From positions 32,922,727 to 32,986,726 of the forward strand of contig NC_057718.1 of the NCBI RefSeq assembly GCF_004010195.1: a stretch of DNA of 64,000 nucleotides, given 5' to 3'. Positions 1 through 11,369 of this stretch are shown in pieces. The notes beneath the pieces are model-generated. The model saw nothing but the letters and a program-made list of their open reading frames with translations. It had not been told where the DNA came from and ran no database searches. The translations under genes were made by a program, and so were the position numbers. The stretch is from Chiloscyllium plagiosum. Its lineage: Eukaryota. The stretch's first letter is position 1. The number at the start of each line of letters is the position of its first letter.

Positions 1-122
1 TCTCCTCTCCTCTTCCCCCCGCCCCCCCATAAATTTTGCCTAGTAAATTCATGTAATTAAACCCCTTTCTGTTTTCCCCTTTGGGTTTATTCAAGTTATT
101 GCTTATTGTTTTATTCTTGTAG

Positions 123-188
123 GTGAAAAGAAGCTGGGAAGAGTTATTACACCAGACACTTGGAAAGATGGATCAAGGAACACGATGG
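123..188 (+). CDS. CRIPT: CRIPT (cysteine-rich PDZ-binding protein) coding exon 2
   Basis: ag|GT GAA AAG AAG CTG GGA AGA GTT ATT ACA CCA GAC ACT TGG AAA GAT GGA TCA AGG AAC ACG ATG G|gt = (C)EKKLGRVITPDTWKDGSRNTM. 66 bp with an upstream polypyrimidine tract; matches the CRIPT N-terminus. Confidence 0.97.
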
Positions 189-293
189 GTACTAATCAAA
201 TTCCATTACTACTTGGCTGCACGTGGATTTAAATATTTTTTATACTCATTGAGAGCATGTAATTCTAATTTAAGTTGCAATGCATTTCCACAG

Positions 294-348
294 AAAGCGG
301 TGGCCGCAAGATCAATGAAAACAAAGCATTAACTTCTAAAAAAGCAAG
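294..348 (+). CDS. CRIPT: CRIPT coding exon 3
   Basis: cag|...|gt, 55 bp; encodes (E)SGGRKINENKALTSKKA(R); phase-compatible with exons 2 and 4. Confidence 0.97.
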
Positions 349-829
349 GTTGGTATAACACTAGATTTTCAAAGATAAAGTCTCTAAATGTTGACTATGC
401 ACATGAATTTCGGTAGGTACATGCAAAATTCCAGTAGTCAAATTGAGTGGTTATTCTTATGTTTTAAACTTGCACATTGAGATTTTCTGATTGCTCTTGT
501 GATTAACAGCTTAATAACTTAATCATTATCATCTTTCAGCAGACATTGCTGGGTAAAAGTTTGGAGTTTGGATTTTGAGTGAGTTGTGGATTAATGGCAG
601 TGATCTAGCTTCTAGGTTGACTGAGTTTAGCAAGTAGCATGGTCTAAAATTTGGACCAGGGATCTCTATTCTATACATTTGCTACTGTGTTTGATTAGAA
701 TATATTTATTTGTATGTTTTATTTGAATTATGATTTTAAGAAACATTGAACAGTTTCATATCTATATAATTCATAGAGGGTTGCATCTTGCAAAACTGTT
801 AAAAAGATTTTAAATTTTAATCTAATCAC

Positions 830-1035
830 AGTCTAATCATAGCCCTCAACCCTTCCTGTTCATAATCCCATCCAGTTTTTTAAATGTTGTAATTGTACCA
901 GCCTCCTCCACTTCCTCTAGCAGCTCATTCCATGCCCACACCTCTCCACGAAAAAGTTACCCCTAAGGTCCCTTCTTAAATCTTTTCCCTCTCACTTTAA
1001 ACCTGTGCCCTCTAATTTTGGACTCCCCCACTCTG
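830..1035 (-). mobile_element. CR1 LINE 3' fragment
   Basis: Similar to the CR1 3' ends at 14717-15130 and 43256-43560. Confidence 0.75.
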
Positions 1036-1379
1036 TTGATTTGAATAGTTTGTATACAGAATGATAAACAATTTCATGATGGAAAGGAGACTTAAGAAAT
1101 GTACATTTCTAAATTGTTTGTGGTTAACATTTTTTTGATATGTAAAATCATCTCAACTTTTCAGCATTCACAGTATACATTTCATCTGTTATCCAAAGGT
1201 GTGACATAAAGTTCCACAAGTACGTTGTGCCACCCATTTTTATCTCTCTTGACCACCTGGACTACTGTTTCAGAGAATTGAAGAATTATTGCAGAGTAGA
1301 AGGAGGTCATTCAACCCATTGTGTCTGCACTGGTCCTCCAAGTTAGCATTTTACTGACTGCCTATCCACTATCCTAGAT

Positions 1380-2300
1380 AAACTGCACTACTTAAATTTT
1401 GAAAGGACGAAAGCCATTTTCTTTGACCCAGTGTGGTAAATTTTTGGTTTTCTTGCCTCTGATTCAATCCCTATCACTACTCTATCTTGGCACGCTGAAA
1501 TGAACTTCTGAAATCATGTGCATTCCATCATAAAGACAATGTAATATCTGTCTCTGCTTCTGCCTCAACCACCTGCTATTGAGCTTCTGTAGACCTACCA
1601 AGCTCCAATAATACTGCATTCCTACAACTTTGACCTTGTATATTTGCCATTTCTCACTGTTAGTAGCACTTCCATTTGTCACTGAGGCTTTAACCTGTGG
1701 AATTATTTTCCAAAGTATCTTTGTGTCTCATTTTTAAAATCTATCTTAACATCCTGTTGACCGAGCTTTTGGACTTCCTCCTTGATATCTCCTTTGGTTT
1801 AGTGTCAGTTTTTGATCTAAATGCATTCTGTGAATTACCTTGGCATGTTTACTTAATTTACACAGTATACAAAGCAAACCTATTGTTTTAGATTTCCCAA
1901 AATATAAGCCCACTACAATTGCTACTTTTTTAAAAAGGACAATCTCCCAAAACTATCAACATGCATTTATATAGTACCTTCAACATGGTAAAATGCTCCA
2001 AGTTGTTTCTGAATTATCAAACATTATCAAACAAAATATAAATGTAAATTTCCAGAAGAATTCTAGAATATGGGGCCATGGAGCTAAGATCACAGTTACC
2101 AACTGGAGTAAAGCAATTAAAATAGGGGAATTGCAAGAGGCTGGCATTGAAGGAATGTAGATATCTCAGCACTGAGGGGCTGGAAGATGTTACAGAGAAA
2201 ATGGGTTGAGGCCATGGAAGGATTTGAAAACAGCATTGAACTTCTGTTTATCAAATTATTGCTGAACTGTCAGCCATTATAGGCCAGTGAGCATAGGGTG
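1380..2300. mobile_element. Highly decayed L2-like LINE 3' fragments (one +, one -)
   Basis: Degenerate L2-type tail motifs near 1820-1885 (+) and 1955-2010 (-); similar sequence at 18760-19010; boundaries approximate. Confidence 0.4.
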
Positions 2301-3339
2301 TCAGGTGCACAAGACTTTGTGAAGGAGGATATGGGCAGCAGAAGTTTGGATGAGTTGAGGTTTTTAGATGTTGATGCTAACCAGGAGAATACTGAAGTAG
2401 TTGAATATGCAGTTCACAGAGCACCAAACAAGGGCTCCAGTAGCAGATCAGTGGAGGCAGAGATGGCTGTGAATGGTGTTGAAGCAAGTGGTTTTGGTGA
2501 GCGGGAGAATGTCAGATCAGAAGAATATCATCTCATGGTCAAGTTGGGCACATTCAGCCTGAGATAGTGGCCAGGCAGGACAAACTTGGTGATTCAAGAG
2601 TGGATTTTATGATGAGGGCCACAGACAACGGCTTGGTCTTCCTGATGTAATTTGGGTGCAATATCTGCTGATTTTTAAAACTTTTATTTGGAAGCATAGA
2701 AAATGCAGCAAGAAAGATTCTGCAGCAAAGACGGTGGTTGCCAAAACCTATCTTGAGAATTAATGGTGTAGCCCAGTGTTAATAGCTTTATTTCAGTCAA
2801 AATATGTTGAATATTCTCACTTGTAAATTCTTAACTTTTCTTACCTGAGGAAATTATTGGCCAGAACTTTCCACAAATTAATGCTGATTTCCTTTCACTA
2901 TGGATTGCCTGTCTCTTTATTAGCTCAATGTTTGGGATCCTTTCTGTTATAGATGAGTCTGAAAGAGTTAAGAGGAGTATGATGAGCAACATGTTCTGTG
3001 ATGATGTCATGCGTACTTACTATAAGCAGAACAGCTTGGAATTTCGAAGGAATGAGATCTAACCCTGAGCCATCTCAATGTAGTGATGTTTATCATGTCA
3101 ATGAAACCTATAACTAATTGCTGATATGCAATAAACTATATCTTGTTAATTACAAGAGAGACCTCTAGTTAGACCAGGCAGTGATGTCCCTCTACCACAC
3201 TAGCCCTGTAGTTTCCTGCACTTAATGAATGGCAGCAACCTTCAGCATAAACAGCAGCTCAGACTATCGTGAGTTGGCGTGCCTATACAATACCTCTAAC
3301 AGTGAATGCACAACAGATATTAGGCTGTTTCCTAGTTTA

Positions 3340-3422
3340 GAGCTGAAAATGTGTTGCTGGAAAAGCGCAGCAGGTCAGGCAGTATCCAAGGAATAGGAGA
3401 ATCGACGTTTCGGGCATAAGCC
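3340..3422 (-). mobile_element. Short PLE terminal-repeat insertion with partial hammerhead motif
   Basis: Flanked by a 15-bp direct repeat ctgtttcctagttta (3325-3339, 3423-3437); minus strand reads gggcttatgcccGAAAcgTCgattctcc; homologous to 19326-19466 and 53580-53670. Confidence 0.8.
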
Positions 3423-3935
3423 CTGTTTCCTAGTTTATTCTTATTTTCCTTTTTGAAGACTGGTGTTGCTTTATCTATGTTTTAAATCTTGGACAAGCTC
3501 TTGTTTGCATTACTGAAGAATACTTTACTTTTGTGAAGGCAAAAATCAAAATTAATATTCGGTCTTTCACAACCAGCAACCACTATTCACTTTTTCGTAG
3601 CCATTTACTGCAAGCAAAATAAGCTTGATACTACATTTATCATTTAAAGTGTATTTAAATCTCTTGGCTTATTTCTTAGTTTTCTTTATATGTTCTTGTA
3701 TATATTTTGTTCCATTATAATTTTATTGTCAATATCAATCCTTGTTTACTCTTCTTCCCTGGTAGTATATGCTTGTTCTGTATCCCATGAAGTATTTCTG
3801 AACTTCTACATTTACGCATCTTCAATGCCTATTTTACAGGATTGTCCAGTCTTCTGAACCTTTTCATTCCTTCAAATCTGCCTTTCCAAAGTCCAGTTAA
3901 ATGACCAATCTTACAGAATTATTTGGTCTTTTTAG

Positions 3936-4039
3936 ATTTGATCCCTATGGAAAGAGCAGATTTTCAGTATGCCGTATCTGTAAAAGCGCAGTTCACCAGG
4001 CTGGTTCGAATTATTGTCAAGGATGTGCGTACAAAAAAG
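3936..4039 (+). CDS. CRIPT: CRIPT coding exon 4
   Basis: tag|...|gt, 104 bp; encodes FDPYGKSRFSVCRICKSAVHQAGSNYCQGCAYKK(G) with two CxxC motifs. Confidence 0.97.
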
Positions 4040-5497
4040 GTATGTATTGATCACTTTTTGTTTTAATTATTTTACATGGGAAAACCACATTTAAACATAT
4101 TTTAATGGAGGTTGCCTGGGGACATCGACAACACTGACAACTTCAACAATAGGTATGAAACTAGCGGTGCAGTGTTGACAAAGCTTTCAGTAAAATATTA
4201 GACAATGAATGAAATGTCCACCATCTTCCTCAACCGAGGGTTCCCCACCACCATGTTTCACAGAGCTCTCAGTAACTTCCTCTGGCACTGAGAGGCAGCA
4301 GTGCTAACTACTGAGCCTCTCTGCCATCCATGAATGCTCCCTGGCATTCATTTACTGTGATACCCTTGGATCTATTTACCCAGTTAACTTTATTTCTGGT
4401 TTCATACCTATTTAATTGGCTTGAAGTCTAAGATTGTTTGTGTTTGGGGTATGTCACTTTCAAACCTGATGTTAAATTCAATGTATTATTTCCCAGATGG
4501 TATTTTGCTCTGACAAATTACACAATATTACAGAACTCTCTCATTCCCCCTAAACTATTCCACATGTTGATCCAATAAATTGTTACAAAAAACATTTTGC
4601 TAACTCTTCTTTTGGAGCATATTTGCATATTAGTTTATCCCGGTCTATATGAAGGTTAACCTCTCCCACAAATATCATGTGTTTTGGTCAGAACATTATA
4701 CAACCAGTTATTGGAGCTTATAAATGTGCCCACCAGGGTGTTCTAAGTTTTTCAATTCCTAATTTTCGCTAATTATGATTCTACTTGATGATTTTCTGAG
4801 GTCAGATCCTGTCTTGCTGCCTTTGTCATCTATTACAAACAGAGCTACCTTTTCATTGCCATTTCACTCTCTCTCCAAGGTACTGTTTATGATGGAATAT
4901 TTATTTCCGGCCTTCCTTCACCTTGTAACTGAGTTTCTGTAGTAATGCTTAAATCTAAATCATTTGTTTATTTATGTCGCAAATTCATTTTCTTATTGCA
5001 GATTGTGGGCATAGGTTTAACTTAGTGATTGAAAGGAAATAAAGCAAATCCTTCTTGGGGAAATGGCGGTGGAAAGGGAAAAGAACAAATAGGAGTGCAG
5101 TGGTAGGACTGACTAGATTTCTCTTTGAAACTGGTGGTTCAAATTCGACAGAGGGACATGGAGAAAGAGTTAATTTGTGCAAAGATGAGTAACTTGAGTC
5201 AGGGTACAGGTCAGCCATGATGTAATTGAGTGATGGAGTTGGCTTGAAATGCAAAATGTTCAGTTTTGTTCCTGTGTTTCTATTTCATTTGTTGTCTGAG
5301 TATTTCTATTCCTATTTATTTCATAGTCTTCTAGGGTCCTTCCCAAAATGCCCCCTTTTCTGTTCTCCCCACAAATGCTACGTGATTTATTGTTTGCATC
5401 CAGCACTTCCCATATCTGTAGTGTTTCTTTGTTTTTAACCTTGATCAACTGAAACCTCAAATGTTTGTACAGTAACACAATTTTTCTTTTGTTACAG

Positions 5498-5562
5498 GCA
5501 TCTGTGCAATGTGTGGCAAAAAAATCTTGGATACTAAAAACTACAAGCAGACATCTGTCTAA
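5498..5562 (+). CDS. CRIPT: CRIPT last coding exon (exon 5)
   Basis: cag|GC ATC TGT GCA ATG TGT GGC AAA...ACA TCT GTC TAA = ICAMCGKKILDTKNYKQTSV*; ends in the class I PDZ-binding motif QTSV. Confidence 0.97.
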
Positions 5563-5912
5563 CTTCATTTCAGAGATGCTGCTGGGTATATTGGTTATCA
5601 TGGAAACTTATGACCAATATGGCCGTGAGCATGTTAATAACTATGTGTTATGAGCCTGTCTGGGGTTCTATACCTGCATATTTCAAAAGTAGAAGACTGT
5701 CAATTAAACAAAACTTCTCAACTAAGTCTATTTGTTGATTAACATTTATTAGAATGTATATTTTAAGAAGTGCAGTGCTGTCACTACAGCTTGGCAGGTG
5801 ATAACACATTGAAGTGAAGTTGTGGAGCTACAATCACCTGAGCTGGAAACTGGCAATAAGTGATAGCAGTGAAGTGAAGAGTGCATGACGTCCTAGGAGT
5901 TCTGTCCACTGC

Positions 5913-5918
5913 AATAAA
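5913..5918 (+). promoter_or_regulatory. Candidate CRIPT polyadenylation signal
   Basis: AATAAA about 350 nt after the stop codon; other candidates exist (ATTAAA at 5703, AATAAA near 6290). Confidence 0.35.
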
Positions 5919-6615
5919 TGTAAAAATTCCTGTCAGTAAATACTCTGAAAATGGAGAAAGAAATTGGAGAAGTAGGAAGATAGGAAGACATAATGTACAC
6001 GTTCTACTGTAAGAAGTAGAAATGGTCTAATATCGGTGACTACACTTTGGGAATTTCTGGATAGAATTTTCCTTGCTGTTTTGCTATCTTGATTTTACTC
6101 TGTTTTAGACTGATGAGATAAATTAAAATTTCTGTAATTTGTGCTTTTGCATTGCTAAAATGAATATATTTAGTTAATTATAGAATTTGTGTGATTTTTG
6201 TAATCTTTGGGTTTTCTTTAACTTATGTAAGTAATGATTGGGCATAAATCCTATATAGAGAAAAACGATAATATCAGATTTACTAATTCAATAAAACTTT
6301 GTACTTGGATTGTTCTAATTGCCCTTGATAATTTTAAAGATAACCTCCTACATCAATAGTTATCTATTAAGTCTATAACTTTAAAAATCCTGTATACTCC
6401 AAATTTGCTAGGGTGGTTTAAAATTTGGGTATTCCTCTGGTTATGTTCTGCTTTCTGTACCTCTTCAGCTCTGCTCAGAAGCACTTCAGTTAACTGTTTA
6501 GTATTGTTTTGGACATCATTGTTAAAATCTTTGTCAATAATGTCTAGCACTATCCACTTATAAATAAGTTGCCACTAAATGGTTTTTGGCAAAGTTCTAT
6601 TCATTCTGCAGCAAT

Positions 6616-6790
6616 TGCTGGAAAAGCTCATCAGGTCTGGCAGCATCTGTGAAGAGAAATCAGAGTTAACAGAGGAAGGGTCACTTGACCCAAACCGTTA
6701 ATTCTGATTTCTCTCCACAGATGCTGCCAGACCTGCTGAACTTTTTCAGCAGGTTCTGTTTTGGTTTCTGATTTACAGCAGTTCTTTTGG
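6616..6790. mobile_element. Fold-back PLE terminal-repeat element
   Basis: About 55-bp inverted arms (6616-6670 and 6697-6751) around a gggtc-actt-gaccc hairpin; related sequence at 29980-30095, 41935-42165 and 53420-53545. Confidence 0.7.
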
Positions 6791-8632
6791 TCTTTATATT
6801 CATTCTATCAATTTTTCTTATCTTTAATCTCACTGTTAGCACATTTATTTGTAAACATTGGGTTCCCTAGGTGTCTTTCTATCTTCATGTCAGTGCTTTG
6901 CTTAATTCATTTTCAGTTTTGTGGTGATACTGCGCCCTTTCAGACTACACGCTGTGTTCTCTTTTGAATAATCTTCAGTGAGCAAAGGAAGTTTTGTTTC
7001 TTTCAATTGTTCAAAGATTGTGATTGATTCTGAATTGACTACAGATGTAAAGCATTGTGATTCTGAAGTAGCCCTTCAGGAGACCTTCGATTCCAGCCAT
7101 GAATTCCATCTTGTCTCAAGGAAGCATGCACTTTCTCTTCTCACTTCGGGCAATGCTTTGTCGATACTGTCACCCTGTGTGGTTGATTTTCAGATCAGTA
7201 TGATGTGGTTTGGTCTTGGCATTTGCTTCAGAGACTTGTGTCCTGTGACACATGCAGTAGACCCCATTGTTCACAACCCAATTCTGTGCATTCCTCTCTG
7301 ATAACTTATGTAGTCCGGTCCTATTTAAAATTGGCCCCTATACAAGTGATTGTATTTTCAGGCACATACATTGTATTAACCACGTAAACTGTAGGTACAT
7401 GCACTACCTCTGCTGATAGTGACACATACCCCCGTTTTACGTTGGCTCTTCACTGTTCCCTACGGCCACAAGCTGCAATCTTTGCCTTCTATGTGAAGTG
7501 CCCACTCTGAAGCAATAATTGCTACCTCACACTGCAGACTGTCCGCTGAGCAACTAAGGAGATGACTTGCTGTTGACTAGTTGAGTGTAATTGGGTCCAG
7601 GGGCACATCATGCCTTTGCCAGTATAGCTGTATTACTGCAGGTTGTAGCAATTCCAGTGAAAATGGCGAGAAGAGACATAGCTGTGAAACCTGTGTACTC
7701 AACTGGAATGGAGGCAGAGGGCCAAAGTTGCCAAGTACATGCCTGGATTAACAGTTGAGTTCTTGAATTGGGCAGAAGTTAATTTGTAAGGAGGTGTTGC
7801 TTCTTGTGAGGAAGCTAATTAATGAAATGCAACTACAGGCAAAAAGGCTTCTGGTGATCTAACCATCTAAGGTAAGAGGACTTAATTGTGGAAGTTTATA
7901 TCAAAGATGAGAAGCTGATCTTTGGACTCCTATCCATTTAACATCATTATGGTTGCTGATATTATTTTCAGCATCTTGGTGGGGACTGGTGCAGAATCAC
8001 CTCAGTCTCTAAACATTTCTTATAACCACATTTGAATGTTCACTGTTTGTGAGTGAAGCCTATTCAGCTGTGAAGAGCATCACAGTTAAGTCAGATGCTG
8101 ACGTCCAACAACATCTGTACATATACTATTTACAATAGCAAATTACTGAATGGTGGGGAATATTTTCCTCTTGTTTAGGGTACAAGGTCACTTGTAGCAC
8201 ACTTTGCGGAATCTGGTAGCGTCTGGTTATGTGACTAGTATATCCAGATAGCTCTGGGATAATAAATCGGTGAGTTCAAATCACATCACAATAGGTGAAA
8301 GTTTAAATTGATTAGTCAAATAAATAAATAAAATTCAAAACCCACAAATCTCCAACAGCTTCATTCTTTAAAACTTGTGGCAAGCTAGTCAATTATTAAG
8401 GAAGGGTGATAAATATTGATCTTGCAATTGATACAGGCATTTTATAAAGGAATTTCTAAACAAATCACCATTTTGTTAAGATCAGATTTTTTCTATCACC
8501 AAATTAGTTAACATACTGAAGGGGGAAGGAGGGTGGTGGTGGAGCTGCCCCAAATTATTATGGAAAATAATGTTCGAAGTAACCACAAGATGGCAGTCTG
8601 TCCCTGGAATCAGGATGCCTCTTTCAGGCGTC

Positions 8633-10040
8633 TGATGTGGAGGTGCCAGTGTTGGACTGGGGTGGACAAGGTTAAAAATCACACAACACCAGGTTAGAGT
8701 CCAACAGGTTTATTTGGAAGCACTAGCTTTTGGAGCGCTGCTCTTTCATCAGGGGATTGTGGAGTATAAGATTGTAGGATACAGAATTTATAGCATAAGT
8801 TTACAGTATGATGTAACTGAAATTATATATTGGAAAAGACCTGGATTGTTTAAGTCTCTCATCTTTTAGAATGGGCATGTTGGTTTCAGTTCTTTCATAT
8901 GTAAATTCCAGAACTTTCTTGAAGTTACATTCTCAAGTGCACTTTAATAGGTGCCATGTTGGCCCAGATAATGCATTGAAGATGTAATGTGCCCTGTGTG
9001 AGGCTGGCTGTGCCCCAATATTCAGACTGATTCTAATCTAAACAAGAGATCTATAGAATCTTACATGGATTCCTGTAGTTTCTTAGCAAAACAAAATGTA
9101 ATTCTGCAAGTATAAATTCATCGCACAAGTGTGTGTGTGTGTGTGTCGGGGGGAGGTGGAGAGAAGGTGGTACAAGTGTCTGTGAGATAGTGTGAGAATG
9201 TCAAGCGGTATAAGTGTGGGAGTGTGTGGTGCACTGGGGTCACCTGTAGTGTGACATGAACCCATGGTCCCGGTTGAGGTCATCCCCATGGATACTGAAC
9301 TTGGCTATCAGTCTCTGTTTAGTTACTTTGCATTGTTGCCTGTCCCGAAGTCTCTCACACAGGCACACACACTCCGACAGACACACAGAAACTTCTACAG
9401 ACCCATATACTCATGCACACCCTCTTTCATACACAAGTTCTCTCATACAGTCAGACACACTCCCACACTCTCGCACACACCCTCTCACAGACTTCTACTG
9501 CTTTACACACACACACACACACACTCTCTCAGACACTATCATAGCACCTCCCCTCCCCCCCCCCCCCNNNNNNNNNNNNNGGGGTGAATTTGTACTTGCA
9601 GAATTGCATTTTATTTTGCTCAAAAACTGCATGAATCCATGTAAAATTCTGTAGATCCCTTGTTTAGATTTGAGTCAATCTGAACATTGGGGCACAGACA
9701 GCCTCACACAGGGCACCTCACACCTTCAATGCATTATCTGAGCCAACATGGCACTTATTGTTAAAGTTCACTTGAGAATGTAACTTTAAGAAAGTTCTAT
9801 AATTTACATATGGAAGAACTGAAGCCAACATGGTCATTCGAAAAGACAAGAGACTTAACTAACACTCCAGGTTTTTTTCAATATATAATTTCAGTTACAT
9901 CACACTGTAAACTTACATTATAAATTCTGTCTCCTACGATCTTATATTCCACAACCATCTGATGAAGGAGCAGCGCTCTGAAAGCTGATGCTTCCAAATA
10001 AACCTGTTGGACTCTAACCTGGTGTTGTGTGATCTTTAAT
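8633..10040. mobile_element. Penelope-like element, inverted pair of 3' ends
   Basis: About 450-bp inverted arms (8670-9120 and 9583-10040) plus GT/CA microsatellites. 9240-9315 (-) is the GIY-YIG C-terminus homologous to 36050-36122. Hammerhead motifs lie in both arms. Imperfect flanking repeat tctttcaggc/tcttttaggc. Confidence 0.85.
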
Positions 10041-10869
10041 CTTTTAGGCTATTCACTTTAGCGCACAGTTGATATTACAACCTACTTGTACTTTACTATT
10101 GCGTGCTATTGTTGAATCAGTTATCTGGGGAAGAGGTGTTCGCTGGGAAGCATCTGCAGGAAGCTTTGATTTCTGCTCATTACAAAAAATACCATTGCAA
10201 TCCTGTCCAGTTTCTGTGTCTTCAAAGTTGTTTGCGTAAATTTGCCGATCTGCACGGACACGTTCAAGTGGAGTCCGTTGTAGAAGGTTTGTTGTATTAT
10301 AGGTTATTGGCAGTTTGGGGTTGTGCTGGAAGTATGAAGGTTTTTCTTGGGGGTTTAGCCATCCAGAAAGGACCTGTTTGCAATGAAGGTGCCAGGGCAA
10401 ACAGGCATTTCTTATGTGCAACATTGCGGTAGTAAACATGAACCAAACTACGTTACTTGCTATATTTTTGTCATTTGGAACTAATTTGAATGTGCCCACG
10501 TGGTAGGGTGGATGGAATGAAAGTTGACATTAGAAATGTTGAAGAGCATAAGATAGGGTAAGGTAACTGTAGATTGGAAGCAATGCCCATACAGTTGATC
10601 ATGTAAAGATTCTATGTTGGGAAGCTAGAGCAGAGTTGTTTCACAAACAGAGGGGTCATGGTAGGCAGTGAACAGCAGAAGTTTAACCTGAAGCCATGAG
10701 AAGTCAGCAGTCAGTGTTAATGAGTCCAAAAGCCAGCACCATTTAACATAGAAGCACAGAAAATCACACAATACCAGGATATAGTACCTGACTTAGCTAT
10801 GTCTATCAATTAATTTCCAGAGACCTCCAGTGAGACCCCTTGACTTTGTTATACTTGTCAGATAGACCC

Positions 10870-11205
10870 AGTAGAGGTGTGAGCCTTTGAGGTGTGAATT
10901 CCAACAAGGCTAGACAGGGTAAGTGCAAGAAGGATGTTCCCAATGACTGGGGAGGACAGCTCCAGATATAGGATGGGCCACTTAGGACTGAAGTGGAAAA
11001 TACCTTCACCCAGAGAGTGGTGAGCCTGTGGAATTACCTACCACAGAAAATCATTAAGGCCAAATATTGAATGTTTTGATGAAAGACTTTGGTGTACTAC
11101 TTCAGGCTGAAGGGCACATTGGGAGAAAGTGAGAACAAGGTATTGAGTGAGATGATCAGCTATGGTCATATTTAATGACAGAACAGGGTCGAAGGCCTAC
11201 TCTTA
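10870..11205 (+). mobile_element. Old CR1 LINE 3' fragment
   Basis: ttcacccagagagtggtgagcctgtggaatt (FTQRVVSLWN) motif and CR1-type tail. Confidence 0.7.
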
Positions 11206-11214
11206 TTTTCTATG

Positions 11215-11369
11215 ATATGGAGGTGCTGCTGCTGGACTGGGGTGGACAAAGTTAAAAATCACACAACACCAGGTTATGGTCCAACAGGTTTAATTGGAAG
11301 CACTAGCTTTCGGAACAGCGGTTCCAAATAAACCTGTTGTACTATGTCCTGGTGTTGTGTGATTTTGTG
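11215..11369. mobile_element. Mini fold-back PLE terminus (same family as 8633-10040)
   Basis: aaaatcacacaacaccagg...cctggtgttgtgtgatttt inverted arms; tttctatg direct repeats at 11207-11214 and 11370-11377. Confidence 0.8.

Noticed and set aside
123..332. 69-aa ORF MKRSWEELL...
   Set aside because: Wrong-frame read-through of CRIPT exon 2, intron 2 and exon 3; the spliced frame explains the region
2979..3068. Possible intronic C/D box snoRNA in CRIPT intron 3 (ATGATGA 2979, GTGATGA 2998, CTGA 3065)
   Set aside because: No convincing terminal stem and no rRNA or snRNA guide complementarity that I could recognise; a snoscan or Infernal search would be needed
10053..10499. Overlapping 148-aa and 109-aa ORFs
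   Set aside because: No recognisable domain, non-ATG starts and no supporting splice structure
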